Source: Candidatus Omnitrophota bacterium (lineage in GTDB: Bacteria > Omnitrophota > Gorgyraeia > Tantalellales > Tantalellaceae). From it: a stretch of DNA of 53,856 nt. The notes under the pieces were generated by a model. The model had not been told where the DNA came from and searched no databases. It saw only the letters and a list, made by a program, of their open reading frames with translations. The translations under genes were made by a program, and so were the position numbers. Position 1 is the stretch's first letter; every line of letters begins with the position of its first letter. Below, piece by piece: positions 37,885-45,794 of the stretch. The stretch covers positions 1-53,856 of the forward strand of contig JBDRIH010000065.1 in NCBI GenBank assembly GCA_043816025.1. Reading direction: 5' to 3'.

Positions 37885-38979
37885 CCAAGTCCGTTCATAA
37901 ACCGGTATGCTTTTCACAAACGCCTTGAGAGCGGCCTTTCCGTCGGTAAGCGTAACCTCCCGCCCCCCAGAGGCAGCTCCTTTATTAATATAACACACCC
38001 CTATACCTTTTTTCAAACATGGAGAAAAGGCGCCGCTTGTCACCTCTCCGGCATCCATTTCGTCGACTAAAACTGTAAAATGTTTCCTGGCGCTTCTTCG
38101 GCCTTCGCACATGAACCCGGTCAAGATCCTCTCGATGCCTTGCTCCTTCTGTCTTAAAAGCGCCTCCCTGCCGATAAAGTCTTTCTCCAAAAAAACAAAT
38201 TTGGTCAGGTTTGCTTCAAAAGGTGTATGGTCTTCATCTATGTCATTGCCGTAAAGAGAATATCCCATCTCAAGACGCAGGGTGTCACGGGCACCCAGAC
38301 CGACCGGTTTTACCCCCTCGAACCCCGAAAGCGTATCCCAGATTTCTACCGCATATTCTTTAGAAAAAAACAGCTCGTAGCCTAACTCCCCGGTATAACC
38401 GGTTCGGCTGAGCAGGACATTAACACCTTTTATCTCGATATTGGTGAAATAGTAACGTTTAATCCCTTCAATAATAGGCCGGCCGATCAGCTGGCCCAAC
38501 ACTTCGCCGGAGGAAGGTCCCTGCAGGTCCAATTTAGCTGTGTTGTCGGATTCATCGCTAAAGGCCGTCCCGTAAGCGATATGCGTTTCGATCCATCTCT
38601 TATCTTTTTCAACGGTCCCGGCATTCACCACAAGCATAAACTCTTCCGGCGCCGTCTTGAATACTATGAGATCGTCTATTATCCCGCCGTTATCATTAAG
38701 CAGAAATCCATACCGGCACCTTCCCACAGGCATGTCGTCAACGCGGCAAGTCACCAATCTATTCAGTTCTTTTTGGACAGAAGGTCCCTTGAGGGAAAAT
38801 TCGCCCATGTGGCAGATATCGAATAGCCCCGCCTTTTCCCGGGTGTGGATATGTTCCTCGATTATACCAGTATACTGAACAGGCATGTTCCATCCCGAAA
38901 AGGGAACCATCTTTGCCCCCGCTTCAAGATGCCGGCTGTAAATAGGAGTATTCTTCAAATTATGATCCATTTCAGACAT
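37873..38979 (-). CDS. gcvT: Aminomethyltransferase (glycine cleavage T protein)
   Basis: Contains GLFDICHMGEF and GYTGELGYELF. The start is moved to the ATG at 38979 because a consensus promoter -10 box sits at 39011-39016. Confidence 0.9.
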   Translation of the reverse strand: MSEMDHNLKNTPIYSRHLEAGAKMVPFSGWNMPVQYTGIIEEHIHTREKAGLFDICHMGEFSLKGPSVQKELNRLVTCRVDDMPVGRCRYGFLLNDNGGIIDDLIVFKTAPEEFMLVVNAGTVEKDKRWIETHIAYGTAFSDESDNTAKLDLQGPSSGEVLGQLIGRPIIEGIKRYYFTNIEIKGVNVLLSRTGYTGELGYELFFSKEYAVEIWDTLSGFEGVKPVGLGARDTLRLEMGYSLYGNDIDEDHTPFEANLTKFVFLEKDFIGREALLRQKEQGIERILTGFMCEGRRSARKHFTVLVDEMDAGEVTSGAFSPCLKKGIGVCYINKGAASGGREVTLTDGKAALKAFVKSIPVYERTWPRH

Positions 38980-39010
38980 GTGATACGCCTGTTCAGTTAT
39001 ATTCGCTCTC

Positions 39011-39038
39011 ATTATAGACCATACAAACGCCTTGTCAA
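39011..39038 (-). promoter_or_regulatory. Near-consensus sigma70-type promoter of gcvT (TTGACA-16-TATAAT)
   Basis: The minus strand reads cttgacaaggcgtttgtatggtctataatgagagc. The -35 box lies at 39033-39038 and the -10 box at 39011-39016. Confidence 0.55.
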
Positions 39039-39169
39039 GATTTCGCTGCGCCTTCGGCTTGCGGCCCCTTCTGTGCTAGCCGTGCAAGCGCGCACGGTGT
39101 CCTGACCACATAAATAACTCGCTAAGAAGTCAGGGAACCTTCTCATAGCCTTCGCAGGCTCACACGGTT
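39031..39169 (-). repeat. Two Y-family modules (Y-variant 39031-39101, Y 39118-39169)
   Basis: The minus strand reads aaccgtgtgagcctgcgaaggctatgagaaggttccctgac, matching 26912-26955 and 49656-49700. The sequence gacaccgtgcgcgc...agaaggggcc...aaatcttgacaag matches 44136-44201. Confidence 0.75.
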
Positions 39170-39170
39170 T

Positions 39171-39299
39171 CTAACCTGCCAGAGATAAGGTGGGTTGGGC
39201 TACTCCTACCAGGGTCCCTCCGCCCGGTGTGGGAGGCTCCCTGTACGGAGTAGCCCAGCCACCTTGCTAACCTGACACATCTAACCTGGTTAGATCTGG
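39171..39299. repeat. Mosaic repeat locus L5: P arm, H rod (B-type stem), P palindrome overlapping the lipA stop
   Basis: ctaacctgccaga lies at 39171-39183. H lies at 39187-39265 with the stem aaggtgggttgggctactcc/ggagtagcccagccacctt. ctaacctgacacatctaacctggttagatctgg lies at 39267-39299. Confidence 0.85.
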
Positions 39300-40201
39300 A
39301 GAAGAGCGTTTTTGTAAGACTCGTGCGCGCGATAGGAACTACGGACCATCGGTCCGGCGCATACCGCGCCGAATCCCATGCGTACAGCTTCCTCCTCGAA
39401 GGATTTAAATTCCTCCGGGCTGTAATATCTCATAACAGGCCAGTGTTCCCGCGAAGGACTAAGGTATTGCCCTATATAAACTATATCCACCCCCGCATCC
39501 TTCAGATCTTTTAACGTCCGAAAAATATCATCCTCTGACTCTCCGAGACCCAGTATGATCGAAGACTTTGTCAGTATGTCCGTCCCTTCGGCTTTCTTCG
39601 CGTTAAGGATCTTAAGGACATCGAGAGACCGCCGGTAATCCGCATTCGGCCTTACGTTCGGGTAAAGCTTCCGGGGCACCTCAATGTTGTGGGCTATCAC
39701 TTCCGCCTGCGAAAAAGCTATCCTTTTCAGCAATCCGGCATCGCCGCTAAAATCAGGAATTAAGCTTTCCACCAAAACCTGCGGGGTATTTGTCTTTATC
39801 TCTCTGACCGTCCTGATGAAATGTCCGGCACCCTTATCCTCAAGATCATCGCGGGTCACGGATGTGATCACCGCATATTTAACGTCAAGCTTCTCGACGG
39901 CCGCGGCAACGTTTTGCGGTTCGGAAGAATCAAGCGCCGTGGGCGATCCGCCGGCAACGTTGCAAAAACGGCAAGCCCTGGTGCAAACCTGGCCCATAAT
40001 CATAAACGTAACATGCCGCATCTGCCAGCATTCGCCCCTGTTAGGACAGGCCGCTTCAACGCATACACTGTTAAGGCTTAATCCCTTTAGAACATCCCGA
40101 ACCTCGCCAAACCTTTTATCCCAGGAAACACTGCCGCGTATCCATTTCGGTCTGGCAAGACCCTTTCTTTTTTTTGTCAGTTCGATTCTTTTATTTTTCA
40201 T
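39290..40201 (-). CDS. lipA: Lipoyl synthase
   Basis: Contains CPNRGEC and the radical SAM motif CTRACRFCNV. The start is set at MKNKRIEL (40201). Confidence 0.9.
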   Translation of the reverse strand: MKNKRIELTKKRKGLARPKWIRGSVSWDKRFGEVRDVLKGLSLNSVCVEAACPNRGECWQMRHVTFMIMGQVCTRACRFCNVAGGSPTALDSSEPQNVAAAVEKLDVKYAVITSVTRDDLEDKGAGHFIRTVREIKTNTPQVLVESLIPDFSGDAGLLKRIAFSQAEVIAHNIEVPRKLYPNVRPNADYRRSLDVLKILNAKKAEGTDILTKSSIILGLGESEDDIFRTLKDLKDAGVDIVYIGQYLSPSREHWPVMRYYSPEEFKSFEEEAVRMGFGAVCAGPMVRSSYRAHESYKNALLQI

Positions 40202-40256
40202 AGAAGTCTTGTAACTACTCAGGTGTTCATGATCTAACATAAGTAGTTCCGAAGTC

Positions 40257-40291
40257 TTAAAAAAGACAGGGCCCGCTAGAGAAACGGGCCC
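40257..40291 (-). terminator. Rho-independent terminator after the PFOR gene
   Basis: The minus strand reads gggcccg tttctctag cgggccc tgtctttttt. Confidence 0.6.
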
Positions 40292-40319
40292 GCATTCTTA
40301 ACTGCACTTGACTAAAAAA

Positions 40320-43300
40320 TTATTCTGAAGCTTTAACTTCTTCTTTAGCAGTCTCGCACATACCGATCTTTCTTTCTGAAAGATACTTGTAAAGCTCATA
40401 ATGGTCCTTTACCAGCATCTGAGCTTTATCGAGCAGCTGTTTCGCCCTTTCCGGATCGGTCTTCTGGAGGACCTTGTAACGATTTTCGTTATAAATATAG
40501 TCTTCCAGCTTGATGCTAGGTTCTTTACTGTCAAGGGTAAGCGGGTTCTTGCCTTCAGCGCAAAGATCTGGATTGTACCTGAAAAGCGGCCAATGCCCCG
40601 AAGCAACCGCTTTCTTTTGTTCGTCTGCTCCGTAGAGAAGATTATAACCATGGGCTATGCAATGGGAATACGCTATTATTATTGACGGTCCGTCGTAAGC
40701 CTCGGCTTCGATGAACGCCTTCAGCGTCTGCATGGGGTCGGCTCCCAACGCTACCTTGGCTACGTAAACATATCCGTAACTCAGCACCATAAGACCAAGA
40801 TCCTTCTTCCCTATAGGCTTACCGCTTGCAGCAAACTTTGCTACGGCACCCATGGGTGTCGACTTTGAAGCCTGTCCGCCGGTATTCGAATATACTTCGG
40901 TATCAAGGACCAGAACGTTCACGTTCTTCCCGGATGCCAGAACATGGTCAAGTCCGCCGTAACCGATATCGTAAGCCCATCCGTCACCGCCGAGGGCCCA
41001 CACGGACCTCTTTATAAAATAATCCGCAACCGACAAAAGCTCCTTGCAGTCCGGCGAGTCGCAAACCTTCAGCATCCCTTTCAGTTCCGTAACACGTTCT
41101 CTCTGAGCTTCAATGTCTTCCTGCGCGGACTGGTCAGCTGTTTTCATCTCTTCCAGAAGTTTCTTTGTCTGGTCCTTGCAGGCCTTGGAAGCGATTATCC
41201 TGTCGGCTAACTCGTGAGCATATTCGGTGTACTTATCCGACGTCAGACGCATGCCGTAAGCTATCTCGGCGCAATCCTCAAAAAGCGAGTTATTCCACGT
41301 GGGTCCCCGTCCGTCAGAACGCTGGCAATACGGTGTAGTGGGAAGATTCCCGCCGTAGATAGAGCTGCATCCTGTAGCATTCGCTATAAGGGCCCTGTCC
41401 CCAAAAAGCTGAGTCATAAGCTTAACATAAGCGGTTTCACCGCATCCCGCACATGCTCCTGAATATTCGAAAAGCGGACGGACGAACTGGATGCCGTTCA
41501 TTACGTTTCGGTTATAAAGACTGCCATCTGTGTCGGGAATACTCAGAAAGAACCTGTGACGGTCCCTTTCTTTGTCCCTTAAAGGCTCCTGAAGCTCCAT
41601 CTTTATGGCTTCTTTCGCCTTCATGGGACAATACTGAACACAGACCCCGCAACCCGTACAATCTTCCGGAGCAACTTGAAGTGTATAAACATAACCTTCT
41701 CTGGGTTTTGGTTTAACCTGCGTATATTTAAACCCTTCCGGAGCATTTTTCAGTTCAACTTCGCTGTACATCTTCGCCCTGATAACCGAATGCGGGCAAA
41801 GCATCGTACATTTACCGCACTGGATACACGTTTCCGGATTCCATACGGGGATATTTATCGCTATATTGCGTTTCTCGTACTGGCTGGTCGATGTCGGCCA
41901 TGTTCCGTCTGCGGGCATTTCTGAGACCTTTATCGTCTCGCCTTCAGCGCGGAGCATTTTGGAAGTGGTTTCTTTCACAAAATCCGGAGCATCATCGCTG
42001 ACTGTGGGCTTTTCTTCTACCGTGTTTTTGAATTCCTTCGGAACTTCCACTTCTTGAATGCTTTCAAGGGCCTTGTCTACCGCCTGGATGTTCATATCAA
42101 CTACTTTATCGCCCTTTGATCCGTAAGTTTTCTTGACAGCTTTCTTTATCGCCTCAACCGCCACCTTTTTGTCTATTACCTGCGCTATCTTGAAGAACGC
42201 CGTCTGCATTATAACGTTTATACGGCCGCCCAGACCTATATCTTCAGCGATCTTTACGGCATCGATTATATAGAACTTGAGTTTTTTATCTATTATTTCT
42301 TTCTGCACTCTGGCAGGAAGGGTTTTCCACACCGCATCTTTATCATGCATGGAAGTAAGAAGGAACGTCCCTCCATCAACCACGTTCTTAAGCATGTCGT
42401 ATTTCTCAAGGAACGAAAAATTATGACAGGCAAGGAAGTTCGCCTTTGTTATAAGATACGGACTTCTTATGGGTTTTTTACCGAATCTTAGATGCGATAT
42501 AGTAACAGCTCCAGCTTTTTTAGAGTCATAAACGAAATATCCCTGGGCATTGTTTCCTGTCTCTTCCGCGATTATCTTGATGGAGTTCTTGTTGGCCCCG
42601 ACCGTACCGTCAGCTCCCAGGCCGTAGAACATCGCCCTGTAGGTATCCTCACTCTCGGAGCTGAATGATGGATCGTAATCAAGGCTTGTCGCCGTTACAT
42701 CATCATTTATTCCTACCGTAAAGTGCTTTTTGGGTTTTTTCTTCGAAAGGTTATCAAACACGCCCTTGATCATCGCCGGGGTGAACTCAGCGGATCCGAG
42801 ACCGTAACGACCGCCTATTACCACGGGATATTCTTTGAAAGGCGCATAACCTTCTTCCATCGCCTCCCCTATAGCAGTTCTTACGTCTTCATAAAGAGGT
42901 TCTCCGAGACTGCCGGGCTCCTTTGTCCTGTCCAGGACCGCGATACTTTTAACGGTTGAAGGTAACGCATTGATAAATGCTTTAGCATCAAAAGGCCGGT
43001 AGAGCCGCACCTTTAACACGCCTAGCTTTTCGCCTCTGGAATTAAGATAGTCAATGGTTTCGTGAACTGCTTCGCCTCCTGAACCCATGATCACGACCAC
43101 CCTGTCGGCGTCCTTGGTGCCTATATAATCAAAAAGCTTGTACGCGCGATCCGTAAGCTTGGCAAACTTGTCCATGGCTTTCTGTACAATAGCCGGACAC
43201 TCCTGGTAATATTTATTAACCGATTCTCGCCCCTGGAAATACACATCAGGGTTTTGCGAAGTGCCTCGGATCACCGGGTGTTCGGGATTCATGCCCCATC

Positions 43301-43916
43301 TGCGATGCGCATAGATAAGTTTATTATCCAGCATGGCCTTCATATCGTCAAAACTAAGTTCCTCGATCTTCTGTATCTCATGTGAAACGCGGAACCCTTC
43401 AAAAAAATGAAGAAACGGGATTTTTGATTCAAGCGTCGCCGCCTGGGCGATCAGCGCAAAATCCATTGCTTCTTGTACGCTTGAGGAGGCAAGCATCCCC
43501 CATCCGGTGGCTCTGGCCGCCATAACGTCGGAATGGTCCCCGAAGATAGACAGCGCCTGGCAAGCAAGAGAACGGGCCGCTATGTGAAACACAGTAGGCG
43601 TAAGTTCCCCCGCTATCTTATACATGTTGGGTATCATCAAGAGAAGTCCCTGTGACGCCGTAAACGTGGTTGTCAGCGCCCCCGTTGTCAGCGCGCCGTG
43701 AACGGCGCCGGAAGCTCCGCCTTCGGACTGCAGCTCCGCAACCGTAGGGACGGTCCCCCATATGTTTTTCTCGCCTTTCGCCGACTTGTCATCCGATATT
43801 TCGCCCATAGCGGAAGACGGGGTGATAGGATAAATAGCAATAACCTCATTTGTGGCATGCGCGACATGCGCAACCGCACTATTTCCGTCATGAGGAACCA
43901 TATTGTGTTTCATCAC
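40320..43916 (-). CDS. nifJ: Pyruvate:ferredoxin (flavodoxin) oxidoreductase, single-chain
   Basis: 1198 aa with two 4Fe-4S motifs, CIQCGKCTMLCP and CTGCGVCVQYCP. The TPP domain contains GGDGWAYDIGYGGLDH. Confidence 0.95.
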   Translation of the reverse strand: MMKHNMVPHDGNSAVAHVAHATNEVIAIYPITPSSAMGEISDDKSAKGEKNIWGTVPTVAELQSEGGASGAVHGALTTGALTTTFTASQGLLLMIPNMYKIAGELTPTVFHIAARSLACQALSIFGDHSDVMAARATGWGMLASSSVQEAMDFALIAQAATLESKIPFLHFFEGFRVSHEIQKIEELSFDDMKAMLDNKLIYAHRRWGMNPEHPVIRGTSQNPDVYFQGRESVNKYYQECPAIVQKAMDKFAKLTDRAYKLFDYIGTKDADRVVVIMGSGGEAVHETIDYLNSRGEKLGVLKVRLYRPFDAKAFINALPSTVKSIAVLDRTKEPGSLGEPLYEDVRTAIGEAMEEGYAPFKEYPVVIGGRYGLGSAEFTPAMIKGVFDNLSKKKPKKHFTVGINDDVTATSLDYDPSFSSESEDTYRAMFYGLGADGTVGANKNSIKIIAEETGNNAQGYFVYDSKKAGAVTISHLRFGKKPIRSPYLITKANFLACHNFSFLEKYDMLKNVVDGGTFLLTSMHDKDAVWKTLPARVQKEIIDKKLKFYIIDAVKIAEDIGLGGRINVIMQTAFFKIAQVIDKKVAVEAIKKAVKKTYGSKGDKVVDMNIQAVDKALESIQEVEVPKEFKNTVEEKPTVSDDAPDFVKETTSKMLRAEGETIKVSEMPADGTWPTSTSQYEKRNIAINIPVWNPETCIQCGKCTMLCPHSVIRAKMYSEVELKNAPEGFKYTQVKPKPREGYVYTLQVAPEDCTGCGVCVQYCPMKAKEAIKMELQEPLRDKERDRHRFFLSIPDTDGSLYNRNVMNGIQFVRPLFEYSGACAGCGETAYVKLMTQLFGDRALIANATGCSSIYGGNLPTTPYCQRSDGRGPTWNNSLFEDCAEIAYGMRLTSDKYTEYAHELADRIIASKACKDQTKKLLEEMKTADQSAQEDIEAQRERVTELKGMLKVCDSPDCKELLSVADYFIKRSVWALGGDGWAYDIGYGGLDHVLASGKNVNVLVLDTEVYSNTGGQASKSTPMGAVAKFAASGKPIGKKDLGLMVLSYGYVYVAKVALGADPMQTLKAFIEAEAYDGPSIIIAYSHCIAHGYNLLYGADEQKKAVASGHWPLFRYNPDLCAEGKNPLTLDSKEPSIKLEDYIYNENRYKVLQKTDPERAKQLLDKAQMLVKDHYELYKYLSERKIGMCETAKEEVKASE

Positions 43917-43958
43917 ACAACCTCCTGATTAAGGATTTTAAAGAAAAGGTAGAGTCGT

Positions 43959-43987
43959 ATTCTATCACAAAAAACAAAGGTTGTTAA
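43959..43987 (-). promoter_or_regulatory. Putative PFOR promoter (TTAACA-17-TAGAAT, TG-extended)
   Basis: The minus strand reads ttaaca acctttgttttttgtga tagaat. Confidence 0.4.
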
Positions 43988-44022
43988 GGGCTTTAATGGG
44001 TGAGGGTATAAAAAGGTGTTCT

Positions 44023-44069
44023 ACAGATCTAACCAGGTTAGTTTAACCTGGTTAGATCTGGCAGGTTAA
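44023..44069. repeat. Mosaic repeat locus L6: P module alone with 2 tandem units
   Basis: The sequence is acagatctaaccaggttagtttaacctggttagatctggcaggttaa. Confidence 0.85.
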
Positions 44070-44084
44070 GCTTAAACCGAGCCC

Positions 44085-44120
44085 TAAAAAACAAGTAGGG
44101 CAGGTTTAAACCTGCCCTAC
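44085..44120 (-). terminator. Rho-independent terminator after the membrane-protein gene
   Basis: A perfect 26-bp palindrome gtagggcaggtttaaacctgccctac (44095-44120) is followed on the minus strand by ttgtttttt. Confidence 0.6.
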
Positions 44121-44135
44121 TCTACTTTAATCTTA

Positions 44136-44201
44136 GACACCGTGCGCGCCTTCGAGGCCAAAAGAAGGGGCCTTGACATGATCGTTAAATCCTTGGTCAA
44201 G
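44136..44201 (+). repeat. Y-variant module
   Basis: The sequence gacaccgtgcgcgccttcgaggccaaaagaaggggccttgacatgatcgttaaatccttggtcaag is related to 39031-39101 (minus strand) and to the Y blocks inside M2. Confidence 0.65.
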
Positions 44202-44241
44202 AATTGGGGACACTTGCAAAGCTAAATTTGCAAGCGGTACA

Positions 44242-45051
44242 TCAACCTTCGCCGAGGCCCGGGGTGCTTTCGGCGGGGCTCTTTACTTCGGCTTGCGTCT
44301 CAGTAAGAAACATATAAAAGCTCATAAAAGCTATCATCATAACAACCGGTATATATGATTGAACGGCCGCGTTTACAATAGCTATCAGAACCTGACTTAC
44401 GGTAGCGCCAAGGGGTACCGTTACCAGTCCTAAAATAAACCCGATAATCAGCGAGATCAGCAGGCTTATGCCGAGCATCGCCATAAAAAGACCCAGTGTT
44501 TTCCAGAAATTGGATTTTGCTACTTGTATGCCTTTTTTTAGGGCCGCAAAAGCGCCTGTATCTTCTACAACGATGGTATAGATGGGGTAAACCAGAAGAG
44601 TTATAACGGCTACGGCCACGACTGTAACAATAGCAGCTACAAGACTCCTTGTTACAATATTATCGCCAAGCAGCAATATGCCGGCGCTTACCAGACTGAG
44701 CAGCAACACAACACCAATAGCAATAAGGATATAAAGAAGCAAAAGACCCAGTATCTTTAAATAGAATTTTTTCCCGTAAACCATGAACTGGGCCATGCTG
44801 GCCGTTGCGGTCTTCAGCTGATCCTTTACCAGACCAAGCGCTCCCCCCTGCAGGAATATGAATATCAGAAAAAACAGGATGCTTGATATGATCGATATCG
44901 CGACTATCCCGGGGTTTCCCGCTCTCGCCGGGTTGGCCAGAGGCAGGCTGATCAGACCTATAACCACATTAAAAACAAAAAACACCAGAACCACATTCAT
45001 AAGTTTCGAAGTTTGTGTAAAAGCTTTCTTAATAACTCCCAGGACACCCAT
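44242..45051 (-). CDS. Polytopic membrane protein, function unknown
   Basis: 269 aa with about 6-7 TM helices and no recognisable catalytic motif. Confidence 0.5.
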   Translation of the reverse strand: MGVLGVIKKAFTQTSKLMNVVLVFFVFNVVIGLISLPLANPARAGNPGIVAISIISSILFFLIFIFLQGGALGLVKDQLKTATASMAQFMVYGKKFYLKILGLLLLYILIAIGVVLLLSLVSAGILLLGDNIVTRSLVAAIVTVVAVAVITLLVYPIYTIVVEDTGAFAALKKGIQVAKSNFWKTLGLFMAMLGISLLISLIIGFILGLVTVPLGATVSQVLIAIVNAAVQSYIPVVMMIAFMSFYMFLTETQAEVKSPAESTPGLGEG

Positions 45052-45056
45052 ACATA

Positions 45057-45144
45057 CCTCCTTTAAATGAGATCATAACTTATGGAGCGACAGCGAACAT
45101 AAGTTATAAGATCGAATTTATCCCGAACCCTAACAGGGTGAGGG
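45057..45144 (-). promoter_or_regulatory. E2: two-hairpin leader motif ending in the Shine-Dalgarno of the membrane-protein gene
   Basis: The minus strand reads ccctcaccctgttagggttcggg ataaattc GATCttATAACTTATG ttcgctgtcgctc CATAAGTTATGATC tcatttaaaggagg. Confidence 0.6.
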
Positions 45145-45167
45145 ACCTTATTAAAATTGATAATTAG

Positions 45168-45195
45168 AGTATAATGATTATACACATCGTGTCAA
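45168..45195 (-). promoter_or_regulatory. Putative promoter (TTGACA-16-TATACT); the -35 box overlaps the recR stop codon
   Basis: The minus strand reads gcttgacacgatgtgtataatcattatactc. The recR TGA lies inside TTGACA. Confidence 0.45.
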
Positions 45196-45794
45196 GCTCC
45201 CCGGCGTTCCTCGAAAGCTCTCTGAAGCGTCGCGATGTCCGCGTATTCAAGGCTGCCCCCGACGGGCACGCCCCGCGCAAGACGGGTAAGCGTAACCTTA
45301 TACGGTTTAAGAACTTCGAGAAGATACAGGGCGGTGGTTTCCCCTTCGGTGGTAAAATCCGTCGCTATGACTACCTCTTTAATGTGACCTCGCCTCACCC
45401 TCTGGAGGAGTTCCTTGATCTTTAACTCTTCCGGACCCACCCCATCGATAGGCGAAAGTTCCCCCAAAAGAACGTGATACAAACCGTGGTATGCCCCGCT
45501 TTTTTCTACGGCTATGACCCCACTCGGGCCCTCAACCACGCATATCTTCGAAGAATCACGCATCTTGTCGGAACATATGGAACATAATTCCTGCTCACTG
45601 AGGTTATTACACTCTCTGCAAAACCTGACGTTCTCTTTAACCTCGCGTATATGGTGCAGAAGCGAATCTATCTCGGCCTTAGGCGACTGCAGTATATAAA
45701 AAGTCAGTCTCTGTGCCGACCGCGTCCCTATCCCGGGCATCTTGCTGAACTCGTCAATCAGACGAGCCATCGGCCGGGGAAAACCCTTTATCAC
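45192..45794 (-). CDS. recR: Recombination protein RecR
   Basis: Has the zinc finger CRECNNLSEQELCSIC and a Toprim region (VVEGPSGVIAVE). Confidence 0.95.
   Translation of the reverse strand: MIKGFPRPMARLIDEFSKMPGIGTRSAQRLTFYILQSPKAEIDSLLHHIREVKENVRFCRECNNLSEQELCSICSDKMRDSSKICVVEGPSGVIAVEKSGAYHGLYHVLLGELSPIDGVGPEELKIKELLQRVRRGHIKEVVIATDFTTEGETTALYLLEVLKPYKVTLTRLARGVPVGGSLEYADIATLQRAFEERRGA

Noticed and set aside
39171-39265. Possible twister-like self-cleaving ribozyme, based on ctaacctgcc, ggtccc, gcccgg and ggagg strings.
   Set aside because: The conserved twister loop CCCAAGC, the P2/P4 arrangement and the pseudoknot partners cannot be placed. The resemblance is limited to short GC-rich words.
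39013-39290. An expected glycine riboswitch upstream of gcvT.
   Set aside because: No tandem or single aptamer consensus (GGAGAG ... ACCGAAGGGGC ... CTCAGGCAAAAGGAC) can be found by eye. The region is fully accounted for by repeat modules plus a promoter. A cmsearch run would be the definitive test.
44095-44120. The perfect 26-bp palindrome gtagggcaggtttaaacctgccctac as another mobile repeat.
   Set aside because: There is a single copy in the window. It is followed by a T tract on the minus strand directly after a gene end, so an ordinary intrinsic terminator is the simplest explanation.
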